A stretch of 41,825 nucleotides of DNA. Source: a virus (Duplodnaviria; Caudoviricetes). The translations under genes were made by a program, and so were the position numbers. Under the pieces are notes generated by a model. That model saw nothing but the letters and a program-made list of their open reading frames with translations. It searched no databases and was not told the origin of the DNA. The DNA is taken from IMG/VR virus record IMGVR_UViG_3300032318_001106, positions 1 to 41,825 of that record. One strand, 5' to 3'. Positions 17,052 to 24,735 of the stretch are shown here, piece after piece (positions within the stretch are counted from its first letter, which is position 1; every line of letters begins with the position of its first letter).

Positions 17052-18776
17052 ATGAGGATTTTAGGAATTAATATAGGTCACAACGGTTCAGCAGCATATG
17101 TTGTTGATGGTGAACTTCAGTATTACATTGAAGAAGAGAGACTTTCCCGTAAAAAATATGATGGTAATCCTTTTAGAGCAATGTTAGAAGCTTCTCAAAG
17201 AGGAGTTGATATTCTAGTTATAGGTGGAACTTCAAATGACCTGCCAAGATTAACATGGACAGGAGAAGATCCTTATTCTGCATTTGTACGAAAATATAAT
17301 CCAGATGTTAAAACTTTGATTATGGGTCATAATCATCATATGACTCATGCAGCTACAGCTTTTTACAATTCAGGATTTGAAAGTGCTGTCGCTGTGATTG
17401 TCGATGGTTCAGGATCATTTCATAAATTTGATAGTTCTGATGGCAAAACAACTTTTGGTGGATTTGAAACTGAGAGTATCTTTGATTGTGAGTATCCATC
17501 AAAGTTTGTACCTCTAGTTAAAAGATATGGAACAAATGAATTTATTAATATTAAACAGCCATCTGGTGTAGATCCTTCTGGAAATCATTCACCCGAAATA
17601 GAGATTAACAACTCTATAACTCTCACTAAAGCTTATGAAGCAGTAACAGATTATCTAAAGTTTCATTTTATTGAAGCTGGGAAAACCATGGGACTAGCAC
17701 CATATGGTAAAGAAGACAGTCTATTAAGTGATCTTTTTATTAACGATAGAGGCAATAAAAACTATTTTCAACCTTCATATCCAGCTGGTGCTTACATTGA
17801 CGAAAATTCTAATCCTCATCTATTGCGTCCAGAAAACTTTACAGAATGGCATAGAAATTCTTCGAGGATCACCGACATTGCTAAAAATTTAGCTTGGAAG
17901 GTTCAAAATGAGACACAAAATCAAGTTGGCAATCTGATTGAGAAAGCAGTAGCAATAAGTGGCAAAACGAATGTTGTAATAGCAGGTGGATATGGACTCA
18001 ACTGTGTTGCCAACTATTATTTAAAGAAAAGATTTCCAGAATTAAACATATACGTTGAACCGATCTCTCATGATGGTGGCACATCCATAGGTATGGCTAA
18101 ATTCGTACATCACAGTGAGACAAACGATTCAACCATTAGGCCACAAAAGACCATTTATTTAGGTCTAACTGTTCCAGATTATAGTGATTTAAATAATATG
18201 GAAAAAATTGAACTTAATGATGTAACATATGACGATGTAGCCAAACTCATTTCAGAAAAAAATATTGTTGCCATTTTTCAAGGTCGATCTGAAGCAGGTC
18301 CTCGTGCTTTAGGTAATCGTTCGATACTGTATGATCCTCGTGATCCGAAAGGTAAAGATCATGTCAATGTCGTTAAGGGTAGAGAGTGGTTTAGACCGTT
18401 TGCTGGATCAATGCTTTCTGAAAAATTTGAAGAGTGGTTTGAAACAGCAGATTTAAAAGAAACACCGTTTATGATGTTTGCTATTGATTTTAAACTTGAA
18501 AAACACGGTGAAGTTCCTTCAATCACTCATGTTGATGGTTCATGTAGAATACAAACTGTAACTGAGGATCAAAACAAGCATTATTATAATCTCATTAAAG
18601 CTTTTGATAAGATTACTAATATTCCAATCTTGTTCAATACAAGTTTTAATCTTGCAGGAGATCCTCTAGTTGAAACACTCGATGATGCTTTACAGACAAT
18701 GAAAAACAGTAAAATTGATTATCTATATTTGCCTGAAATTGGAAAACTTTTAACAATAAAGAGAGACTCTGAATAA
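17052..18776 (+). CDS. Carbamoyltransferase, CmcH/NodU/TobZ family
   Basis: EEERLSRKK, HHMTHAA, GKTMGLAPYG, LNCVAN, GPRALGNRSIL, REWFRPFA, HVDGSCRIQTV, NTSFN. Confidence 0.95.
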   Translation: MRILGINIGHNGSAAYVVDGELQYYIEEERLSRKKYDGNPFRAMLEASQRGVDILVIGGTSNDLPRLTWTGEDPYSAFVRKYNPDVKTLIMGHNHHMTHAATAFYNSGFESAVAVIVDGSGSFHKFDSSDGKTTFGGFETESIFDCEYPSKFVPLVKRYGTNEFINIKQPSGVDPSGNHSPEIEINNSITLTKAYEAVTDYLKFHFIEAGKTMGLAPYGKEDSLLSDLFINDRGNKNYFQPSYPAGAYIDENSNPHLLRPENFTEWHRNSSRITDIAKNLAWKVQNETQNQVGNLIEKAVAISGKTNVVIAGGYGLNCVANYYLKKRFPELNIYVEPISHDGGTSIGMAKFVHHSETNDSTIRPQKTIYLGLTVPDYSDLNNMEKIELNDVTYDDVAKLISEKNIVAIFQGRSEAGPRALGNRSILYDPRDPKGKDHVNVVKGREWFRPFAGSMLSEKFEEWFETADLKETPFMMFAIDFKLEKHGEVPSITHVDGSCRIQTVTEDQNKHYYNLIKAFDKITNIPILFNTSFNLAGDPLVETLDDALQTMKNSKIDYLYLPEIGKLLTIKRDSE

Positions 18777-18778
18777 AC

Positions 18779-19471
18779 ATGGGACGTTATAGTACAGATT
18801 TTGTTGGTAATAGTAACTTCAATGTAAATCAGAATGATTATCAGTCTCAATACTCAACAGGAAGCTTGATGATGAATCAAGCTTCCTCTACTTCTGGAGT
18901 GTGGCCAACAACATTTAATAAACCTATGGTTGGCTTAGATTTGAACGGTACAATAATTGAAGACATCAACATTACAGGAGCGGAATCAGTTAAACTTCTT
19001 CCTACTGTACTCGAAGCAATAAGAAGCATTAGACTTAAAGGATATAAAGTTTTTATATTGTCAGATCAGCCAGGAATTACAAAAGGTTATACATCAGAGA
19101 AAAATATCCAATCGGCATTTCAAGAATTGATGAGAATTTTTGGTCAAGCTGGTATCATATCAATCGACGGATTTCTTCATAATACATCAGACATAAAAAA
19201 TGATGAGTTTGCTAAGCCCAATTTAGGTATGGTTAAAAGAGCTGAAAATGAAGTTTTAAAAGGATCAACTAAATTTAAAGATGGATGGTATGTTGGTGAT
19301 AGTTTAATAGATTTAAAATATGCTGATAAAATGCAAGCAAAACCTGTATTAATAAAAACAGGTAACTATCAACATGCAATAACTCAGTTAGAAAAATTCA
19401 CTTATAGGAATTTAAAGTCAAAGACAAAAATATACAATAGTTTGTCAGAATTTGCCTCTTCTCTTCCATAA
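18779..19471 (+). CDS. GmhB/HisB-like HAD-IIIA phosphatase
   Basis: LDLNGTI, SDQPGI, KPNLGM, VGDSLIDL, LIKTG. It carries an N-terminal extension of about 45 aa. Confidence 0.8.
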   Translation: MGRYSTDFVGNSNFNVNQNDYQSQYSTGSLMMNQASSTSGVWPTTFNKPMVGLDLNGTIIEDINITGAESVKLLPTVLEAIRSIRLKGYKVFILSDQPGITKGYTSEKNIQSAFQELMRIFGQAGIISIDGFLHNTSDIKNDEFAKPNLGMVKRAENEVLKGSTKFKDGWYVGDSLIDLKYADKMQAKPVLIKTGNYQHAITQLEKFTYRNLKSKTKIYNSLSEFASSLP

Positions 19472-19496
19472 CAGTATTATCCGAATAAAATCCTTC

Positions 19497-19525
19497 TTGA
19501 CATCCTTGCATAATGGTGATAATAT
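19497..19525 (+). promoter_or_regulatory. Sigma70-like promoter
   Basis: TTGACA-17-TAATAT upstream of the denV-like gene. Confidence 0.55.
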
Positions 19526-19558
19526 TTTTATATAAAATATGTCACATTGAGGAAGTTT

Positions 19559-20107
19559 ATGAACATCTTCTATATTGATACAAATCCATACAAAGCGGCT
19601 GAGCAAATGGTCGATAAGCATGTGGTAAAGATGATTCTTGAAACCGCACAATTGCTTTCGACCGCCCATCGTTTGCTTGACGGTGAAGAGTATATCGGTC
19701 AGTCTAAGACTGGTCGCAAAGCAAAGCGTTGGCGTTTGCCTGATGACCGCGACACCATTCTGTATTCAGCAACACACATAAATCATCCGAGTGCCGTGTG
19801 GTGTCGTAAGTCGAACAACAACTACAACTGGCTGTTCTGTCATCTTGTCGGTCTTTGTCATGAGTATACATATCGTTATGGCAAGATTCACAAGATTCAA
19901 CAAAACAAAGACTTCATGCAGATGCTTCAGTCTTTGCCAGAGAACATTCATGTTGGTCATTTCACACCCGTAACTCCTGCGATGCCTGACGAATACAAAG
20001 TACCTTGCTCTATACAGTCTTACCGAAACTACTACAAGCAGGGCAAGACACATCTTCATAAATGGTCAAAGCGAGAAATCCCAGAATGGATGAGCAATGC
20101 AGCATGA
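19559..20107 (+). CDS. Pyrimidine-dimer DNA glycosylase/endonuclease V-like protein
   Basis: MNIFY...DKHVVKMILETAQLLSTAH...HINHP..VW...EYTYRYGKIH. Confidence 0.8.
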   Translation: MNIFYIDTNPYKAAEQMVDKHVVKMILETAQLLSTAHRLLDGEEYIGQSKTGRKAKRWRLPDDRDTILYSATHINHPSAVWCRKSNNNYNWLFCHLVGLCHEYTYRYGKIHKIQQNKDFMQMLQSLPENIHVGHFTPVTPAMPDEYKVPCSIQSYRNYYKQGKTHLHKWSKREIPEWMSNAA

Positions 20108-20208
20108 TAGATTTGAACATGGCATATTCAGAGAGCAGTGAATACATATAAGAGTACATTGAATTATCTTTGGTTCAAAGAGCGTTAGAATACTAAATAG
20201 GAGTAGAT

Positions 20209-20469
20209 ATGCCAAAATACACTTTTGCCCATAAAGACACAAGTGATGAGTTTGAACTTACAATGTCTTATGACGAACTCATCTCATATCTAAATGAGCA
20301 TCCTGAACTTAATCAGGTGTTTCGAATGAATGTTGTTGATCCTGTGGGCATTGGCGTATCAAAACCCCCATCTGATTTTCAAAAATATGTTCTAGGTAAA
20401 GTTAAAGAAGCTAATCCACACGCGGATGCTGTAGCATCTAAGCGATGGAACATACCAAGAGAGGTATAG
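20209..20469 (+). CDS. FmdB-like small protein
   Basis: MPKYTF...MSYDEL...HPEL..VF; CTAAATA box and AGGAG SD upstream. Confidence 0.65.
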   Translation: MPKYTFAHKDTSDEFELTMSYDELISYLNEHPELNQVFRMNVVDPVGIGVSKPPSDFQKYVLGKVKEANPHADAVASKRWNIPREV

Positions 20470-20526
20470 AATTTCTTGCCAAGAAGATACAATAACAAAA
20501 ACAATTCATCAGAAGAAGTACACGAA

Positions 20527-20565
20527 AGAAGAGGACGATCACCACGGTCGTCCTCTTCTATTTTT
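20527..20565 (+). terminator. Intrinsic terminator-like hairpin just before phoH
   Basis: AGAAGAGGACGATC-accac-GGTCGTCCTCTTCT followed by ATTTTT. Confidence 0.7.
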
Positions 20566-20577
20566 AAAGGAGTAAGC

Positions 20578-21282
20578 ATGTCCAAAAAGTCAAAGAAGAA
20601 TAGTCCACAGACAGAGGCTGCCAATAATCATTTTGAGCTGAGAACAATCAAACCACTAACAACAAATCAGCAAACTGCCTTTGATGCCTACAGACAAAAC
20701 TTCAATCTTATGTTACATGGATATGCTGGAACAGGAAAAACATTTTGTGCAATGTATCTCGCTTTGGAAGAGATACTAAATGGAAAATGCACTCGTGACA
20801 AAATAGTATTGATTAGATCAGTTGTTCCATCTCGTGACATGGGTTTTCTTCCTGGTTCAATAAAAGACAAAATTGCAGTGTATGAAGAACCATACAAAGA
20901 AATCTGTGACGATCTATTTGGACGTGGAGATGGTTATGGTATTCTAAAAATGAAAAAGATCATAGAGTTTACCACAACATCATTCTTAAGAGGCTTGACA
21001 TTCAATAACGCCATTGTTATAGTGGACGAGACTAACAACATGACATATCAAGAGATCGATACTGTCATGACTCGATTAGGCAATAACTCTCGCATTGTCT
21101 TTTGTGGTGACTACAGACAGTCTGATCTAAACAAGCCACATGAAAAGACAGGTATCACAACTTTTATGAATGTAACAAAGCGTATTCACAGCTTCAGACA
21201 TGTTGAATTTCAAAAAGAAGATATTGTTCGCAGCGGTGTTGTCCGTGATTACATCATTCAGAAAACTGAAATGGGGCTATGA
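20578..21282 (+). CDS. phoH: PhoH-family ATPase
   Basis: GYAGTGKT, MGFLPG, FLRGLTF, VDE, TRLG, GDYRQSDL, DIVRSG. Start moved to ATG 20578 (SD AAGGAG). Confidence 0.92.
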   Translation: MSKKSKKNSPQTEAANNHFELRTIKPLTTNQQTAFDAYRQNFNLMLHGYAGTGKTFCAMYLALEEILNGKCTRDKIVLIRSVVPSRDMGFLPGSIKDKIAVYEEPYKEICDDLFGRGDGYGILKMKKIIEFTTTSFLRGLTFNNAIVIVDETNNMTYQEIDTVMTRLGNNSRIVFCGDYRQSDLNKPHEKTGITTFMNVTKRIHSFRHVEFQKEDIVRSGVVRDYIIQKTEMGL

Positions 21283-21962
21283 AAACATTTAGTTATTTGA
21301 CGAATATGCCTGAACTAGTATCTCTCAAAGTCGAAGATACCGACAATGGGAGATACTATACATCACCAAATGGTGTTAAGTTATCTTCTGTCACAACTGT
21401 TTTAGGTCACTTCAAGAAACAGTCACTCATCGAGTGGACAAAAAGAGTTGGTGAAAGGGAAGCCAACTACATAAAGAACAGAGCTGGCACTCGCGGCACT
21501 AAGTTTCATTCTCTCATGGAAAGATATCTGAAGAATGAGCAAAACATTCTTGAAGGTGTTATGCCAGATATGAAGCAGGCATTCAGGGATGTCAAAGCAA
21601 CTATTGACAAGATCGACAACATACACTATATTGAAGCCCAGCTATACTCAGAACAATTAGGAATAGCTGGTAGAACGGATGTCATTGCAGAGTTTGACGA
21701 AGTGCCGAGTATCATCGATTTCAAGACTTCTCTGAAAGAGAAGAAGAAAGAGTGGATAGATAACTACTTCGAACAAGGCACAGCATACTCTTTAATGTAT
21801 GAAGAACTTACAAATATACAGATACATCAAGTTGTTGTTATCATATCAGTAGACAGTATGGATAGTCCTCAAGTTTTTACTGTAGATCGTAACGACTATA
21901 TTGATTCCCTTAAACACAAGATCGAAACCTATCATAAGGAAAAAAACTCAAATGTTTGTTGA
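21279..21962 (+). CDS. PD-(D/E)XK (Cas4-like) exonuclease
   Basis: SVTTVL, RGTKFH, AGRTD, IIDFKTS, QGTAY. Confidence 0.85.
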   Translation: MKTFSYLTNMPELVSLKVEDTDNGRYYTSPNGVKLSSVTTVLGHFKKQSLIEWTKRVGEREANYIKNRAGTRGTKFHSLMERYLKNEQNILEGVMPDMKQAFRDVKATIDKIDNIHYIEAQLYSEQLGIAGRTDVIAEFDEVPSIIDFKTSLKEKKKEWIDNYFEQGTAYSLMYEELTNIQIHQVVVIISVDSMDSPQVFTVDRNDYIDSLKHKIETYHKEKNSNVC

Positions 21963-22155
21963 CTTTTGGATTGTATCCCTATTTTCAATACTGTTCGGTA
22001 TTTGTGCTTGGTGGAATCATAGAGAAGGTGTAAAGAAGGGAATACAAGGAACATTAGCAGTCCTTGAACATGAAAAGATTATTATGATGAAGGATGATCA
22101 AGTTTATCCTTATCGTGAAGCTAAACGTTACAGAAAAGGAGTGAAAAATGTTTGA
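21952..22155 (+). CDS. Small membrane-anchored protein
   Basis: ATG 21952 with SD AAGGA; N-terminal hydrophobic helix. Confidence 0.65.
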   Translation: MFVDFWIVSLFSILFGICAWWNHREGVKKGIQGTLAVLEHEKIIMMKDDQVYPYREAKRYRKGVKNV

Positions 22156-22264
22156 ACTAATTATTGGATTTTTAGGCGGACTTGTTGTAGGATGGAATTT
22201 CTTTCCTCAACCAGAATTTGTAAAGGAATGGTTTGGCAAGTGGTTTTCTTCTGATAAAGAATAA
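22148..22264 (+). CDS. 38-aa single-pass membrane micro-protein (not in ORF track)
   Basis: MFELIIGFLGGLVVGWNFFPQPEFVKEWFGKWFSSDKE; SD AAGGAG. Confidence 0.6.
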   Translation: MFELIIGFLGGLVVGWNFFPQPEFVKEWFGKWFSSDKE

Positions 22265-22267
22265 GAC

Positions 22268-22296
22268 TTGACATTCAAATCGAACTAGTCTAATAT
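22268..22296 (+). promoter_or_regulatory. Promoter of tmRNA gene
   Basis: TTGACA-17-TAATAT. Confidence 0.65.
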
Positions 22297-22302
22297 ATAC
22301 AT

Positions 22303-22527
22303 ATGCTGAGGTTGTTGAGGCAAACGAAATAAGCGAACTGGACGGGAGTGCAAATCTCCCCACCTCCACCATTTATGGGGGTGAATTAGGTATCGACAGG
22401 CGTGGTAAAGGTATGCGGAGACCAAAAGCAAAATCTAAATGCAGCGAATGATAACGCTTCATTTGAGGCTCGCCTAGCGGCGTAACCTTATTGGGTATGA
22501 GTTCCACCTAGAAACAGAACGGACTCA
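22303..22527 (+). ncRNA. ssrA: Circularly permuted (two-piece) tmRNA
   Basis: T-arm GGGAG-tgcaaat-CTCCC plus CACCTCC-A-CCA (ends 22371) precedes the 5' end GGGGGTG (22377), giving G3-U70. Tag frame 22441-22485 reads AANDNASFEARLAA*. Outer ends approximate. Confidence 0.92.
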
Positions 22528-22554
22528 CTTCACACAACACACGGAGAACATATT

Positions 22555-22806
22555 ATGACTTCTAAGACTCCATTCGAAATTCGCACTGAACTTCTTCATC
22601 AGGCTCAGACTATTCTCTTTGAACAAAACATGGCTGAACGCTTGCGTCTTGAGAACGATTGGAACACTCAGCGTGAAGTAGCTTTCACATTACGAGAAAA
22701 CGGACAAGCTACAATTCTTCCAGAATTTCCAAAACTTCCAGTAGTAACAACTGAAGAAATCATCGAAGAAGCACGAAAGCTAAACGACTTCGTTTCGAAG
22801 GGCTAA
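22555..22806 (+). CDS. Conserved phage hypothetical protein
   Basis: TPFEIRTELL...EEIIEEARKLNDFVS; SD GGAG. Confidence 0.7.
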   Translation: MTSKTPFEIRTELLHQAQTILFEQNMAERLRLENDWNTQREVAFTLRENGQATILPEFPKLPVVTTEEIIEEARKLNDFVSKG

Positions 22807-22810
22807 GACA

Positions 22811-23053
22811 ATGGGACTTCTCATCTATGCAATCATCGGTGCGAGCTTTGGCTATATTGCCATATGGTCGTCAGTGATCTTCAATAAGACTCTTGAGGAA
22901 AGGGTGAGAAGTCTCTTGCTTGGCGTTCCCATTGATGTTATAGTGTTGATCTTCTTTGCAATGAATGGTAACGGAGCAATCTTTACATGGATGTTGATTT
23001 TCAAGTATCTGTTTCTTGCAGCAATCGATCTTGACAAGACATTGAGGCAGTGA
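22811..23053 (+). CDS. Small integral membrane protein
   Basis: Three hydrophobic segments. Confidence 0.6.
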   Translation: MGLLIYAIIGASFGYIAIWSSVIFNKTLEERVRSLLLGVPIDVIVLIFFAMNGNGAIFTWMLIFKYLFLAAIDLDKTLRQ

Positions 23054-23280
23054 TGACAACAAAAGAAGAAATTTCAGACTTTTCTATGATGATCGAAGAA
23101 CTTGTATGGGAAAAAGACATCTCATACATGGAAGCTGTTGTATTATACTGTGAGCAGACTGGCTTTGAGATTGAACTAGCAGCAAAGATGATATCTGGTG
23201 TACTGAAGTCGAAGATCAAGTTTGAAGCTGAAAAACTTCATTATCTTCCTAAGTCTAACACTGCGAAGTTACCGATATGA
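23053..23280 (+). CDS. gp33: Late-transcription coactivator gp33
   Basis: IEELV...YMEAVVLYCE...IE.AAK.IS..LKSKIK.EA..L..L. Confidence 0.85.
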   Translation: MTTKEEISDFSMMIEELVWEKDISYMEAVVLYCEQTGFEIELAAKMISGVLKSKIKFEAEKLHYLPKSNTAKLPI

Positions 23281-23969
23281 AATCACTTCAAATAAGTACT
23301 TCAGGTGCAAATCCAGGAAACATTGTTATGGACAATATGTCAACAATTACTCAGAATTTTTCCTGCGATACGACAACTACGACTGAACACACGACAACTA
23401 CGACTGAGAACTTCTCACCTCAAGATGTTGCTCGCATCGGTGATTTGAAGAAAAGAGCTACAGCTATTACTGAATTGATGAAAAAATATCAAAGCAACTT
23501 CTTCAGTGTTATCGGAGATCATAGATTTGTTCTTGCTGGTGGTTGTTTCACTTCATGGTATCATGGTGAATTACCAAAAGATCATGATATGTTTATTCTG
23601 GATTGGTATGGTGGTAAAGTCTTTGATGACAAACTACAATGGTCAGAAGAACGATATAAGTTGAGTGATGAAAACTACCTCAACGCCATGAGTCATAATA
23701 AGATGATTGTTGATGTTATCCTTGACAAGATGACAAATGTTCAGTATATTCTAACTAAGTACAAGACAAGGGAAGAACTGATCAAGCACTTCGATGTGGA
23801 ACATGCTTGTGTCTCATATGTACCTGCTAATGATAAACTCTATGTCAGTCCTTTGACATTCGATTGTATCAAGAATAAAAAGCTCAGATCACACAATGGC
23901 AAGATTGCCGATTGGAGACAACTTAAGTTTATGCAAAAGGGATTCACGCTTGAGACTGTCAGCGTTTGA
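23277..23969 (+). CDS. Nucleotidyltransferase-like protein (CCA/poly(A) polymerase head-like)
   Basis: VLAGGCFTSWYHGELPKDHDMF (GG...DxD) and a downstream FD motif. Confidence 0.6.
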   Translation: MKSLQISTSGANPGNIVMDNMSTITQNFSCDTTTTTEHTTTTTENFSPQDVARIGDLKKRATAITELMKKYQSNFFSVIGDHRFVLAGGCFTSWYHGELPKDHDMFILDWYGGKVFDDKLQWSEERYKLSDENYLNAMSHNKMIVDVILDKMTNVQYILTKYKTREELIKHFDVEHACVSYVPANDKLYVSPLTFDCIKNKKLRSHNGKIADWRQLKFMQKGFTLETVSV

Positions 23970-24606
23970 TACTTACTCTTTATATCTTGCTTTGAAGAAC
24001 CACTTCACACGAGATAGTTACGACTTCTTTAGATATCACGGTAAAACAAATGCGTCTCACGATTCTTTCATGGGACGCAAAGACAGATACCAGTTTCAAA
24101 AACTCTCAAGACTATATGATGAAAGTGAACTTACTGGATTCATTGTTGCCAATCTTCTAGCTGGTAAATCATGGGTTGGTGATCTTCTGGACGAAGATGC
24201 ACAAGAAGTTTACAAGAAATACACCAAGATCAACCAATCTCTCTCATATCACTTCACAAACGAATTAGACAGACTATTCACTCAGTGCACTCCATCAGAG
24301 TGCTTTCGTACTCACAAGAACGAGCATCCTATTATCTTTATGGAATATCTGTCTAGTAAAGTGTCTATTCAGACAATGGTCATTTTAAACACATTCATTG
24401 ATTATGAACAAAAGTGGAATGTTGCGTATAATGATGACTTTTTGTGGAATAAACATAGCTCTCTAATAAAAAAGTATACACCATTCCTTGAGTATGATAA
24501 GACTAAACTCAAGAACATACTCAAGGATAAAATTAAGGAGTATGAGCATGGAAAAGAACAAGATGCGTGCCCAACATCGAACTCACAAAGAGACGAAGCG
24601 GCATAG
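23950..24606 (+). CDS. gp59: Helicase loader gp59
   Basis: YSLYLALKNHF..DSYDFFRYHGK...RKDRYQFQKLS...KYTPFL; TTG start assumed. Confidence 0.88.
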   Translation: MRLSAFDTYSLYLALKNHFTRDSYDFFRYHGKTNASHDSFMGRKDRYQFQKLSRLYDESELTGFIVANLLAGKSWVGDLLDEDAQEVYKKYTKINQSLSYHFTNELDRLFTQCTPSECFRTHKNEHPIIFMEYLSSKVSIQTMVILNTFIDYEQKWNVAYNDDFLWNKHSSLIKKYTPFLEYDKTKLKNILKDKIKEYEHGKEQDACPTSNSQRDEAA

Positions 24607-24735
24607 TGAAAGATTTTGTGAATAAAGTTGACTATATAAGATTGACAAGACGAGATTGTCCTGTCAATATAAGAAAGTTACATGATGAATATCGTGGACA
24701 ATACAACAATACATCTAACATACGGAGATATACAA

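Noticed and set aside
20470-20577. Pho box upstream of phoH; N-terminal extension of phoH in the ORF track
   Set aside because: No CTGTCAT-type 11-bp tandem is visible; the extension runs through a hairpin and the SD favours ATG 20578.
21279-21962. Cas4-like gene as part of a CRISPR system
   Set aside because: No repeat-spacer array or other cas genes; this is the usual stand-alone phage exonuclease next to phoH.
22172-22372. 66-aa minus-strand ORF; alternatively a standard tRNA call
   Set aside because: It is antisense to the tmRNA acceptor piece; the tRNA-like halves are in permuted order and lack an anticodon arm.
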